A stretch of 9,775 nt of DNA from the IMG/VR virus record IMGVR_UViG_2609459822_000006. The stretch is one strand, 5' to 3'. The stretch comes from a virus (lineage: Duplodnaviria; Heunggongvirae; Uroviricota; Caudoviricetes). Shown here piece after piece: positions 1 to 8,833 of this stretch (position 1 is its first letter; every line of letters starts with the position of its first letter). The translations under genes were made by a program, and so were the position numbers. The notes beneath the pieces were generated by a model that was given only the letters and a program-made list of their open reading frames with translations, ran no database searches and was not told where the DNA came from.

Positions 1-289
1 CTTCCGTCATGGCACCGAGAAAATCATTCAGCGTACCTGGTCTGGAACCTTCATAGACGGTAATGGTTCCGGCATGTGAAGGCGGAAAACCTTCAACCAG
101 CAGGATAACGCTGTACTGGCCATACTCAACGTCCATGCTGTAACGCCCGGCTTCATCCGGATTTTCAGAGGCCACCGTGTTCACCAGTACAGTGGTGCTG
201 TTACGCTTTGCCTTCAGTTGAATAGTGCAGTTCTGTATTGGTTTTCCCGCACCATCTTTCAGCACACCTGAGATTTTTACTGCTGCCAT
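1..289 (-). CDS. stf: side tail fibre protein Stf, N-terminal part (partial; continues past the window start)
   Basis: Reverse complement from the ATG at 289-287 reads MAAVKISGVLKDGAGKPIQNCTIQLKAKRNSTTVLVNTVASENPDEAGRYSMDVEYGQYSVILLVEGFPPSHAGTITVYEG..., which matches the lambda Stf N-terminus as I recall it. It lies downstream of lom as in lambda. No stop within the window, so it is absent from the ORF track. Confidence 0.8.
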   Translation of the reverse strand, partial: MAAVKISGVLKDGAGKPIQNCTIQLKAKRNSTTVLVNTVASENPDEAGRYSMDVEYGQYSVILLVEGFPPSHAGTITVYEGSRPGTLNDFLGAMTE

Positions 290-300
290 ATCCACTCCAC

Positions 301-327
301 AAAAAAGCCCGCCTGAACCGACGGGCT
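301..327 (-). terminator. putative rho-independent terminator downstream of lom
   Basis: Inverted repeat agcccg (306-311) / cgggct (322-327) with a 10-nt loop. On the minus strand the hairpin is followed by a U-run (plus-strand aaaaa at 301-305). It sits between the lom stop (354) and the stf start (289). Confidence 0.5.
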
Positions 328-353
328 GTCATAACACTGTGTTACCTGGCTAA

Positions 354-953
354 TCAGAATTTATAACCGACACCCACGATGAAACCGTCAGTGCGCCAGT
401 CGCCACTGCCGGAACCTTCATAAGCAAGGTCAATGGCCACGGATTCGGTCGGGTTAAACTGCACGCCAGCCCCCCACGCCAGAGACGTGTTGCTGTGGCG
501 ACCGCCATCACTTCCGGTCAGCACATCGTGCGTTTTCCCCTTGTTGTCAGTTACGCGGAGATAATCCCCGGAGAACGTCGAAACACGGCTGTAAGCCACA
601 CCCGTCATCGCATAAGCACTGAACCATTCATTCACGCGTACAGACGGCCCCGCCATCACGCTGAACCAGCGGTTACGCACTGAATCTTCATGCCAGCGGG
701 TATCGCTGTAACGGGTAATCTGGCGATTCTTGTCTCCTGCATAGCTGAATGACGTCACCAGCCCCAGCGTGTCCGTAAATTCATAACGGTATTTCACGTT
801 AATGCCCTTCAGGTCATCGTTGCCGGGCATATCAGTATGGGACTGAAGATACCCGCCGCTTAGTGTGGACTGATGCTCTGCTGCACTCGCTGGCGTACCA
901 GCGGCGACCAGCCAGACTACTGCAGACAGAATAACAGCACATAATTTACGCAT
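354..953 (-). CDS. lom: Lom, Ail/Lom-family outer-membrane beta-barrel protein
   Basis: 199-aa ORF with a Sec-type signal peptide ([25 protein letters not shown], AxA cleavage motif) and a C-terminal aromatic residue (…VGYKF) typical of outer-membrane beta-barrels. Sequence matches lambda Lom from memory. GAGAGG Shine-Dalgarno lies 5-8 nt upstream of the ATG. Position between J and stf is as in lambda. Confidence 0.93.
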   Translation of the reverse strand: MRKLCAVILSAVVWLVAAGTPASAAEHQSTLSGGYLQSHTDMPGNDDLKGINVKYRYEFTDTLGLVTSFSYAGDKNRQITRYSDTRWHEDSVRNRWFSVMAGPSVRVNEWFSAYAMTGVAYSRVSTFSGDYLRVTDNKGKTHDVLTGSDGGRHSNTSLAWGAGVQFNPTESVAIDLAYEGSGSGDWRTDGFIVGVGYKF

Positions 954-977
954 AATTACCTCTCGCTTTTCTGCAAT

Positions 978-1001
978 AAAAAAGGCGCCATTTCTGGCGC
1001 C
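978..1001 (-). terminator. putative rho-independent terminator downstream of J
   Basis: Perfect 7-bp stem ggcgcca (984-990) / tggcgcc (995-1001) with a 4-nt loop tttc. On the minus strand it is followed by a U6 run (plus-strand aaaaaa at 978-983). It lies between the J stop (1021-1023) and the lom start (953). Confidence 0.6.
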
Positions 1002-1020
1002 CGTATTTGGGTTATAAAAT

Positions 1021-1770
1021 TCAACTGATACTGATACCGGCTGTTGATTTCTTCATCACGACAACAAGAAGGTCGCTGATACTGGTCGTTGGCGTCCAGT
1101 TATTAGCACCATATGAAGAAACATTGAAAGTCAGGGTGACATGACCGTGTCCGGCAGGCATATCAATGACGGATGAAAATACCCTGCTGACATCCGTCGC
1201 GGGTTGCTGAAAGATTTCCTGTCCGTTCTTCAGCACCTGCAGCTTACAGGTTGAATACCAGTATGACTGTTGGTTGTTGCTGTTGAAGTTTTCATGCTTA
1301 CCACCGCGAAACAGAACGGGTGGGATTACTATCTGACGGTCAAAAGCCTGATCATCGTACACAGTGACCGTTATTGTACCGCTGGCATAACTGCCATTTC
1401 TCGGAAAGGCTTTTCCCACCGTTTTGACAATATCACCTTCAATCTGGTTGGCAGACAGTTTTCCCAGAATCCGACAGTTCTGGTTAATCGTGACATTATT
1501 GAGCGTCCCGGAGTTCGCATTCACGTTACCGCTGATATCGGCATTTTTCGCCGTCAGCCGCCCGTCCGGTGTCAGGGAAAATACCGGAGGATTGCCGCCG
1601 CTGGTAATGGTGGGAGCCGTCAGATACTTCAGGAACACTTCGTTCATGAATATCTGGTTGCCCTGCGCCACAAACATCGGCGTTTCATTCCCGTTTGCCG
1701 GGTCAATAAACGCGATACGGTTAGCGGCAACCAGGAACTGGCTCAGTTTGCCTTCCTCTGTATCCTCCAT
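1021..1770 (-). CDS. J: tail tip host-specificity protein J, C-terminal fragment (gene interrupted by a frameshift)
   Basis: The 249-aa track ORF starts [41 protein letters not shown]..., matching the lambda J C-terminal region. This frame stays open upstream to 1851 and its J homology (…[28 protein letters not shown]…) begins near 1833, so the track's ATG at 1770 is not a real start. Confidence 0.85.
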   Translation of the reverse strand: MEDTEEGKLSQFLVAANRIAFIDPANGNETPMFVAQGNQIFMNEVFLKYLTAPTITSGGNPPVFSLTPDGRLTAKNADISGNVNANSGTLNNVTINQNCRILGKLSANQIEGDIVKTVGKAFPRNGSYASGTITVTVYDDQAFDRQIVIPPVLFRGGKHENFNSNNQQSYWYSTCKLQVLKNGQEIFQQPATDVSRVFSSVIDMPAGHGHVTLTFNVSSYGANNWTPTTSISDLLVVVMKKSTAGISIS

Positions 1771-4442
1771 GCTGAGGCCAAGCCCCGCGACATAATGCCT
1801 GCCGTCTTCGGTCTGCTCAATTTTGACGCCCCACTCTGGTCTTCCAGTTTCTTATTGACGGTCTGCGTGATTTCATTGCTGACATCCGTAATGGACGTCC
1901 TGATTTCAGCCAGGTCAGGCGCAAGCTGACCGTTATCAATCTGCGTCCACAGCTCCTGAGCCAGATGGGTTTTCCCTATCTCTCCTTTGAAAAAATCCAG
2001 ATAGCCGGATGCATCATCACTCGGCTGGCCAACAGCCTCCACAAATGCCGATTTGCCAACGGTGTTCACACTGCGGATGTAAAAATAATAATCACGGCCC
2101 GGTTTGATATTGATACTGGCGGCTATCCAGTACAGCGCCGTGCCAAGATAGCGGGCTGTGGTTTCAACCTGCCTGATATCGGTAATCCGCGTTTCCGAGA
2201 ACCAGAACTCAAACTGTACCGTCGGATCATAAACGGCAAGATGCGGCGTGGCGGTGATCTGAAAATAGCCCGGAGTCAGCTCAATCCGCGACGGCGCTGA
2301 CGGTGCTGCAATCCGGAACGATACCGACGCCGGATCGCCCTGCTGTCCCCACGCATTTACCGCCCGGACTGTCAGCCTGTAGTTTCCCAGCGCCAGTTGC
2401 GTGAATCGGTATGTGGTTTCCGTCGTCCGGGCCGTGCTGACCAGCCGCTCACTGCCGTCATCCGCTGCCACGGTCAGGCGAAGCATAAAGCTCACACCCT
2501 TCACCACCTTCGGCGTATCCCAGCGCGCCAGTACCTGATATTCCCCGCTGTCTGCGGTGACTTCGGCAGTCAGGTGCTGCACCGCTGGCGGCGTGACACC
2601 ATTCACCGTGCCGCTCTGGTCGCCGTCAAAGTGCGCCCCGTTATCCACGATGGCCTCTTTCTCCGGTACATGCTGCACGGCGGTGATGGCATACGTGCCG
2701 TCGTCGTTCTCACGGATACTCACGCAGCGGAACAGGCGCTGGCGCAGCGTCGGCAGCTTAAGCCCCCACACGCTGTATTCAGCAACACCGTCAGGAACCC
2801 GGCTCACTTTTACCTTCACGCCGTCGGTGACGGACTGAACCTCCACGCTGACCGGACTCCCCTGCCCGTCAACCAGGCTTATCAGCGTGGTGCCGGAGGC
2901 TGGCAGCGTGATTTCACGGTCGAGCGTCAGTGTCCGCATCTGGCTGTTCCCCGCCAGCACGCGCCCGCCGATGCTGATGCCCGCATAGTCATCATCGCAG
3001 ATTTCAATGACATCGCCCGGTACATGGCGAAGCCCTTCTGCGCCCACGCTGAAGTCCACGGTCTGCGTTTCCAGCAGCTCCGTTTTAATCAGCCACAGCC
3101 CGGCGCGGTGCGCCTGCCCCCGGCTGGTACAGCCAAAGGCATCCATCTTCGTGACGTTACGACCGTAACGGAGAATGGCCTGCGTATCTTCAACAAGCTC
3201 TGTCGCCGTCTCCCAGCCGTTATTCGGGTCAATCCAGTTCACCTCAACGGCATTATGGCGGTCCTTCAGGGCGCTGAAGCTGTAGCGGAACGGCGCGCCA
3301 TCATCCGGCATCACCACATTACTGCGGTTATAGGTCCACACCTTATCCGACGGTCGGTCCTGCACGAACGTCAGCGTCTGCCCGTTCCATACCGGCATAC
3401 AGCGCATCGCCGAGCAGAAATCACTGAGCACATCCCACGCCTTACGCTGTGTGGTCAGGTACGCATTACAGGTGATGCGCGGCTCCGTGCCGCCAAAACC
3501 GTCCGGCACCGACTGCTCGCAATGCTGGCCGATGACATACAGCGCCCATTTGTCCACATCCGCCGCACCAAGACGTTTCCCCATGCCGTAGCGCGGATGG
3601 GTCAGCATATCCCACAGACACCAGGCCATGTTGTTGCTGTATGCTGGCTTAAACGTTCCGTCCCAGATACCGCTGTATTGCCGCGTCTGCGGGTTATAGT
3701 TCGACGGCACCTGCAGAATGCGTCCGCGAAGATGATAATTACGGCTCACCTGCTGGCTGCCGAACTGTTCCGAGTCCACCTGCACGCCGACCAGTGCCGT
3801 GTTCGGGTAGCACTGTTTCACATCGATGATTTCAGTGTATGACGACCAGAGCGTTTTGTTCTGCAGCTGGTCTGTGGTGCTGTCCGGCGTCATCCTGCGC
3901 ATCCGGATATTAAACGGGCGCGGCGGCAGGTTACCCACCACCACCGAGGCCAGATACTGCGAGGTGGTTTTGCCCTTAATGGTGATGTCTTTTTCCGTCA
4001 CCCAGCCACCGTTACGCTGTATCTGAACCAGCAGGCGGACTTCCGACGGATTCCGGTCCCCCTTTGAGGTGGTTTCCACCAGTGCCTGCACACCGAAGGT
4101 AAAGCGCAGACGGTCGATGTTTGCAGACGTGATGGTCCGGGTGATCGGCGTGTCGTATTTCACTTCCGTACCCAGCACCGTCTCGGATCCGGAGGATTCA
4201 AATCCCTCCGGCGGTGTCTGCTCCTGTTCACCTGCCCGGAACACCACCGTGACACCGGCGATGTTGGTATTCCCCTCACTGTCCAGCACCGGTGTACTGT
4301 TCAGCAGCACGCTTTTTAATCCATCCACCGGACCTTCAATCGGCCCTTCGCTGATGGCATCAATCACACTCAGTAACTGCGTGGATTTCAGGTTGTCCTT
4401 CGCTTCGCGCGGGGTATGCCCCTTACTGCTGCCTTTACCCAT
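1743..4442 (-). CDS. J: tail tip host-specificity protein J, N-terminal 899-aa fragment (gene interrupted by a frameshift)
   Basis: Starts [44 protein letters not shown]…, near-identical to lambda J over most of its length. The frame leaves J homology near 1833 and ends at a stop at 1743-1745 after a short out-of-frame tail (…[27 protein letters not shown]). The J locus 1021..4442 is 3422 nt, not a multiple of 3. Confidence 0.9.
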   Translation of the reverse strand: MGKGSSKGHTPREAKDNLKSTQLLSVIDAISEGPIEGPVDGLKSVLLNSTPVLDSEGNTNIAGVTVVFRAGEQEQTPPEGFESSGSETVLGTEVKYDTPITRTITSANIDRLRFTFGVQALVETTSKGDRNPSEVRLLVQIQRNGGWVTEKDITIKGKTTSQYLASVVVGNLPPRPFNIRMRRMTPDSTTDQLQNKTLWSSYTEIIDVKQCYPNTALVGVQVDSEQFGSQQVSRNYHLRGRILQVPSNYNPQTRQYSGIWDGTFKPAYSNNMAWCLWDMLTHPRYGMGKRLGAADVDKWALYVIGQHCEQSVPDGFGGTEPRITCNAYLTTQRKAWDVLSDFCSAMRCMPVWNGQTLTFVQDRPSDKVWTYNRSNVVMPDDGAPFRYSFSALKDRHNAVEVNWIDPNNGWETATELVEDTQAILRYGRNVTKMDAFGCTSRGQAHRAGLWLIKTELLETQTVDFSVGAEGLRHVPGDVIEICDDDYAGISIGGRVLAGNSQMRTLTLDREITLPASGTTLISLVDGQGSPVSVEVQSVTDGVKVKVSRVPDGVAEYSVWGLKLPTLRQRLFRCVSIRENDDGTYAITAVQHVPEKEAIVDNGAHFDGDQSGTVNGVTPPAVQHLTAEVTADSGEYQVLARWDTPKVVKGVSFMLRLTVAADDGSERLVSTARTTETTYRFTQLALGNYRLTVRAVNAWGQQGDPASVSFRIAAPSAPSRIELTPGYFQITATPHLAVYDPTVQFEFWFSETRITDIRQVETTARYLGTALYWIAASINIKPGRDYYFYIRSVNTVGKSAFVEAVGQPSDDASGYLDFFKGEIGKTHLAQELWTQIDNGQLAPDLAEIRTSITDVSNEITQTVNKKLEDQSGASKLSRPKTAGIMSRGLASAWRIQRKAN

Positions 4443-4464
4443 TCCTCACGCTCCAGAAACGACA

Positions 4465-4484
4465 AAACCGCCCTGAGGCGGTTT
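4465..4484 (-). other. stem-loop in the I–J intergenic region (possible leaky terminator or mRNA structural element)
   Basis: Perfect 8-bp inverted repeat aaaccgcc (4465-4472) / ggcggttt (4477-4484) with a 4-nt loop. On the minus strand it is followed by a U-rich stretch (uugucguuuc) and lies about 20 nt upstream of the J Shine-Dalgarno/ATG. Confidence 0.3.
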
Positions 4485-4502
4485 CACATAAAATATTTTG
4501 CA

Positions 4503-5174
4503 TCATCGACCAATCACCACAACCTGACCACCGTCCCCTTCATCTGCCGTGCTGATCTCCTGAGATACCACACGTGACCCCACGCGCATTTCACCATACA
4601 GAACAGGCATAACATTGCCCTGGGCAACCATGTTATCCAGTGAGGAGAAATAGGTGTTCTGCTTACCGTTATCCGTTGTCTGTGTGCGGGGAGTTCTGGC
4701 TTTCGGTGCCAGCATCTGAGCCACACCGCCGAGCACCATACTGGCACCGAGAGAAAACAGGATGCCGGTCATACCACCGGCCCCAATGGCTGCCCCCCAT
4801 GCTGCAAGGGTGGCTCCGGCGGTAAAGAATGATCCGGCAATGGCGGCTGCCCCCAGGACAATCTGGAATACGCCACCTGACTTGGCCCCGGCGACTCTAG
4901 GAACGATATGAATCACAGCGCCATCAGGCAGAGTCTCATGTAACTGCGCCGTTAACCCGGACGTGCTGACGTCCCGCCCGGCAATCCGTACCTGATACCA
5001 GCCGTCGCTCAGTTTCTGACGAAACGCAGGGAGCTGTGTGGCCAGCGCCCGGATGGCTTCGGCCCCCGTTTTCACACGAAGGTCGATGCGGCGACCAAAT
5101 CGTTGTAAATCCCCGTAAAGGCAGATGCGTGCCATGCCCGGTGACGCCAGAGGGAGTGTGTGCGTCGCTGCCAT
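4503..5174 (-). CDS. I: tail assembly protein I
   Basis: 223-aa ORF, the same length as lambda gpI, with a matching sequence from memory and a glycine/alanine-rich hydrophobic C-terminal half. Its 5' end overlaps the 3' end of K by 103 nt, as I recall for lambda. GAGAGG Shine-Dalgarno upstream. Confidence 0.92.
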   Translation of the reverse strand: MAATHTLPLASPGMARICLYGDLQRFGRRIDLRVKTGAEAIRALATQLPAFRQKLSDGWYQVRIAGRDVSTSGLTAQLHETLPDGAVIHIVPRVAGAKSGGVFQIVLGAAAIAGSFFTAGATLAAWGAAIGAGGMTGILFSLGASMVLGGVAQMLAPKARTPRTQTTDNGKQNTYFSSLDNMVAQGNVMPVLYGEMRVGSRVVSQEISTADEGDGGQVVVIGR

Positions 5175-5815
5175 TTGTCGGTATACCTCTCTCGTTTGCT
5201 CAGTTGTTCAGGAATATGGTGCAGCAGCTCGCCGTCGCCACAGTAAATTGCGGCGTGATTCGGCACCGATGAACCAAAACAGCACAGCAGCACATCGCCC
5301 GGCTGTGCCGCTGACAACGGCACCTGATACAGCCCCGTCGCCTCCAGATTATCCAGATAGAGATTCTGGCCGTTACGCCACCAGTCATCCTCACGATGAA
5401 AGTCCGGCATCTCAATCCCCGCCAGATGATAAGCATCCCGGAACAGGGTGTAACAGTCCGTCACACCGTGCTCAAAGCGCCGCCCGGTAAGATGCGGCAC
5501 ACAGCGGAACTTATGAATCGCCCCCCGGCAGACCAGCCACCACGGCAAATCACTCTGCACCTGCAGCCGCCGGTCGGCTTCACTCAGCCAGGGCAGACCA
5601 CCGGGATGGCTGTGCACCAGCGCGACTATCTCACCCTGCATTTCTGCCTGCAGCCAGTCTTCCGGCGACATCCGGAAATACGCCTCAGGCTCACCGGAGA
5701 TATTCACGCAGGGAAAATATCTTTCCCCCTCCGGCGTTCTCACCACGAAGCCGCACGACTCCGCTGGCGCACATCGCCGGGCGTGCGCCAGAATCGCTGA
5801 TTCTGTCTCTGTCAT
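5072..5815 (-). CDS. K: tail assembly protein K (MPN/JAMM domain plus NlpC/P60-like domain)
   Basis: 247-aa continuous ORF. JAMM-type motif HSHPGGLPWLSEAD (HxH-x7-S-xx-D) in the N-terminal half; a Cys (GVTDCYTLF) and His (NHAAIY) in the C-terminal half are consistent with an NlpC/P60 peptidase fold. The classical lambda annotation starts at the internal Met (MSPEDWLQ…, ATG at 5671-5669, giving 199 aa); which start is used cannot be settled from sequence. Confidence 0.9.
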   Translation of the reverse strand: MTETESAILAHARRCAPAESCGFVVRTPEGERYFPCVNISGEPEAYFRMSPEDWLQAEMQGEIVALVHSHPGGLPWLSEADRRLQVQSDLPWWLVCRGAIHKFRCVPHLTGRRFEHGVTDCYTLFRDAYHLAGIEMPDFHREDDWWRNGQNLYLDNLEATGLYQVPLSAAQPGDVLLCCFGSSVPNHAAIYCGDGELLHHIPEQLSKRERYTDKWQRRTHSLWRHRAWHASAFTGIYNDLVAASTFV

Positions 5816-5820
5816 GGGAT

Positions 5821-6519
5821 TTACTGCGAAAGTTTGTTAATGGAAAGGAAGCCGCCAAAGTTGCCGACGTTATTGCGAAACTTACAGCCGCTCAGGCATT
5901 TGCTGCATTTATCCTTCGTGATATCGGACGTCGGCTGGTCATATTCATCCGCGACAGCCGGACCGTGATAACCGCACTCATCACCGCGATAGGTCCAGGT
6001 GCAGGTGTTGGCCAGCATGATACGTCCCGGAAAAACAGCGCCATCCGTTTCCGTCGGCGTGGACAGTACAAAGGAGGCACTGACCGCGCTCAGTTCGCTG
6101 CACTGCTCGATGCGCCAGCGGCTGATCACCTCCTGCTCCGGATCGGCGTCGCTGTTTCCGTTGACGAAGTTCACCGCATCCAGAAAACGGGCGTAAACCT
6201 TACGCCTGACCACCGTTCCGCCGACCAGACTCTGCAGGTCTTCCGCCATCCCGGTGACCATACCGTACAGGTTAGAAACCGTCAGCGTGGGGCGCGTACT
6301 GGTGCCTTTGCCATTCAGTTCAAAACCGCTCCCCTGAATGGGATACGGCTGATACTGTCGCCCCTGCCAGGTGACCGGCTCACCTTTTTCGTTCTGCTCA
6401 TTACAGAAAAAATAACGTTCTCCACCGACCTCTGTCAGGTCGATTTCCCAGAGCACCAAGCTGGCCGACTGCTCCGCACGGGTGCATTCATTCAGTGTTT
6501 CCTGCCGGATATCCTGCAT
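5821..6519 (-). CDS. L: tail tip protein L
   Basis: 232-aa ORF, the same length as lambda gpL with a matching sequence from memory. Cys-rich C-terminus (…CTWTYRGDECGYHG…CSKCLSGCKF) consistent with the reported Fe-S cluster site of gpL. Its start overlaps the M stop (TGATG). Confidence 0.93.
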   Translation of the reverse strand: MQDIRQETLNECTRAEQSASLVLWEIDLTEVGGERYFFCNEQNEKGEPVTWQGRQYQPYPIQGSGFELNGKGTSTRPTLTVSNLYGMVTGMAEDLQSLVGGTVVRRKVYARFLDAVNFVNGNSDADPEQEVISRWRIEQCSELSAVSASFVLSTPTETDGAVFPGRIMLANTCTWTYRGDECGYHGPAVADEYDQPTSDITKDKCSKCLSGCKFRNNVGNFGGFLSINKLSQ

Positions 6520-6848
6520 CAGTTCACCACCTGTTCAAACTCTGCGCTGAACTCAACACGCAGCATACTGACCCGCGACGACCATTTTGCGCAGGTCACC
6601 TTTATCTGCCGCCACTCATAAGGCGGCGTCCACAGAAAGGATTTCCAGCCTCCGTGCTCTGCCAGAAACGACTCCAGTACCATGGCCTCCCAACGGGGGA
6701 CAGAAAGCGTCACGCTGTACGTTTTCAGGTTGGCATTCAGCCCGGCAGGCGCTCGCTGGGAATAGCCATCACCAAAGCGCACCTTCCTGACGGAAGGAGC
6801 CGAAGCCACATCCATACCGGGTTTCACTTTCCAGCGGAAGGTTTTCAT
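6519..6848 (-). CDS. M: tail tip protein M
   Basis: 109-aa ORF MKTFRWKVKPGMDVAS…, matching lambda gpM in length and sequence from memory. Its ATG overlaps the H stop (ATGA). Confidence 0.93.
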   Translation of the reverse strand: MKTFRWKVKPGMDVASAPSVRKVRFGDGYSQRAPAGLNANLKTYSVTLSVPRWEAMVLESFLAEHGGWKSFLWTPPYEWRQIKVTCAKWSSRVSMLRVEFSAEFEQVVN

Positions 6849-8833
6849 CGTCCACCTCCGGAGAACAGACCACCATCACGCATCTGCCCGGTCACAACAT
6901 CCATTGCCGCCTTACGGGCCATGTCATACACCGCCTTCAGAGCAGCCGGACCTATCTGCCCGTTCGTGCCGTCGTTATTAATCACCACATGGTTATTCTG
7001 CTCAAACTTCCCGGACGCCTGCGACCGGCTGTCAGCCAGACTGCCCGGTGTACCGACATAACCACCGGTGGCATAGCCGCGCATCAGCCGGTAGAGATTC
7101 CCCACGCCAATCCGGCTGGTTGCCTCCTTCGTGAAGACAAATTCACCACGGTGAACAATCCCCGCTGGCTCATATTTGCCGCCGGTTCCTGTGAATCCTC
7201 CGGTTGCAAAATGGAATTTCGCCGCAGCGGCCTGAATGGCTGTACCGCCTGACGCGGATGCGCCGCCACCAACAGCCCCGCCAATGGCGCTGCCGATACT
7301 CCCGACAATCCCCACCATTGCCTGCTTAAGCAGAATTTCTGTCATCATGGACAGCACGGATCGGGTGAAGCTGCGCCAGTTTTGTTCACTGCCGGTCAGC
7401 ATCGCCGCCATATTCTGTGCAATACCATCAAAGGTCTGCGTGGCTGCACTTTTAACCTGCGACATACTGTCCGTGGCGCTCTCTTCCCACTCACTCCAGC
7501 CGGACTTCAGGCCTGCCATCCAGTTCCCGCGAAGCTGGTCTTCAGCCGCCCAGGTCTTTTTCTGCTCTGACATGACGTTATTCAGCGCCAGCGGATTATC
7601 GCCATACTGTTCCTTCAGGCGCTGTTCCGTGGCTTCCCGTTCTGCCTGCCGGTCAGTCAGCCCCCGGCTTTTCGCATCAATGGCGGCCCGTTTTGCCCGT
7701 TGCTGCTGTGCGAATTTATCCGCCTGCTGCGCCAGCGCGTTCAGGCGCTCCTGATAGGTGACCTTGTCGCCAAGTGCAGCCAGCTGGCGTTTGTACTCCA
7801 GCGTCTCATCTTTATGCGCCAGCAGGGATTTCTCCTGTGCAGACAGCTGGCGACGTTGCGCCGCCTCCTCCAGTACCGCGAACTGACTCTCCGCCTTCCA
7901 CAAATCCCGGCGCTGCTGGCTGATTTTCTCATTCGCTCCGGCATGCTTCTCCAGCGTCCGGAGTTCTGCCTGAAGCGTCAGCAGGGCAGCATGAGCACTG
8001 TCTTCCTGACGATCGCCCGCAGACACCTTCACGCCGGACTGTTTCGGCTTTTTCAGCGTCGCTTCATAATCCTTTTTCGCCGCCGCCATCAGCGTGTTGT
8101 AATCCGCCTGCAGGATTTTCCCGTCTTTCAGTGCCTTGTTCAGTTCTTCCTGACGGGCGGTATATTTCTCCAGCGGCGTCTGCAGCCGTTCGTAAGCCTT
8201 CTGCGCCTCTTCGGTATATTTCAGCCGTGACGCTTCGGTATCGCTCTGCTGCTGCGCATTTTTGTCCTGTTGAGTCTGCTGCTCAGCCTTCTTTCGGGCG
8301 GCTTCAAGCGCAAGACGGGCCTTTTCACGATCATCCCAGTAACGCGCCCGCGCTTCATCGTTAACAAAATAATCATCCTTGCGCAGATTCCAGATGTCGT
8401 CTGCTTTCTTAAACGCAGCCTCTGCCTTAATCAGCATCTCCTGCGCGGTATCAGGACGACCAATATCCAGCACCGCATCCCACATGGATTTGAATGCCCG
8501 CGCTGTCCTGTCTGCCCAGGTCTCCAGCGTGCCCATGTTCTCTTTCAGGCGGCGGGTCTGGTCATCAAACCCTTTCGTTGCGGCCTCGTTCGCCGCCTGC
8601 AATGCCCCGGTTTCATCGCCGGAACGCTGCAACTGAGCAACATACGCAATCTGCTCCGCCGTCACGTTATGGAACTGGCTTGCCATCGCCGTCAGCCCCG
8701 ACGTCGGGTCAGTGGTCAGCTTCCCGAAGGCTTCAGCGACCTTGTCCACCTCCACGCCGGATACAGAGGAGAAACGCGCCACACTCTGGCTGATGGACGC
8801 AATCTGATCACCACCACGCACACCGGCATTCAC
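6845..8833 (-). CDS. H: tail tape measure protein H, C-terminal fragment (gene interrupted by a frameshift)
   Basis: Translation …NAGVRGGDQIASISQSVARFSS…GGLFSGGGR matches lambda gpH. The track start at 8833 is a GTG picked by the ORF caller, not a real start; the frame is open upstream to 8869 and H homology in this frame begins at the codon at 8842-8840 (SALVNAG…). Confidence 0.9.
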   Translation of the reverse strand: MNAGVRGGDQIASISQSVARFSSVSGVEVDKVAEAFGKLTTDPTSGLTAMASQFHNVTAEQIAYVAQLQRSGDETGALQAANEAATKGFDDQTRRLKENMGTLETWADRTARAFKSMWDAVLDIGRPDTAQEMLIKAEAAFKKADDIWNLRKDDYFVNDEARARYWDDREKARLALEAARKKAEQQTQQDKNAQQQSDTEASRLKYTEEAQKAYERLQTPLEKYTARQEELNKALKDGKILQADYNTLMAAAKKDYEATLKKPKQSGVKVSAGDRQEDSAHAALLTLQAELRTLEKHAGANEKISQQRRDLWKAESQFAVLEEAAQRRQLSAQEKSLLAHKDETLEYKRQLAALGDKVTYQERLNALAQQADKFAQQQRAKRAAIDAKSRGLTDRQAEREATEQRLKEQYGDNPLALNNVMSEQKKTWAAEDQLRGNWMAGLKSGWSEWEESATDSMSQVKSAATQTFDGIAQNMAAMLTGSEQNWRSFTRSVLSMMTEILLKQAMVGIVGSIGSAIGGAVGGGASASGGTAIQAAAAKFHFATGGFTGTGGKYEPAGIVHRGEFVFTKEATSRIGVGNLYRLMRGYATGGYVGTPGSLADSRSQASGKFEQNNHVVINNDGTNGQIGPAALKAVYDMARKAAMDVVTGQMRDGGLFSGGGR

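Noticed and set aside
1743-1851. The J break as a programmed frameshift or an intentional two-protein split
   Set aside because: No slippery site. The N-frame downstream of the break encodes 27 residues of non-homologous sequence before a stop, which is typical of an accidental indel.
2397-3842. 481-aa plus-strand ORF antisense to J, plus other long plus-strand ORFs (1270..1929, 5965..6621, 6495..7061, 7236..7754, 7700..8230, 8270..8866)
   Set aside because: All lie entirely inside well-supported minus-strand tail genes. Their translations are Arg/His/Leu-rich and low-complexity, as expected for shadow ORFs opposite GC-rich coding sequence, and they have no recognisable domains or ribosome-binding sites.
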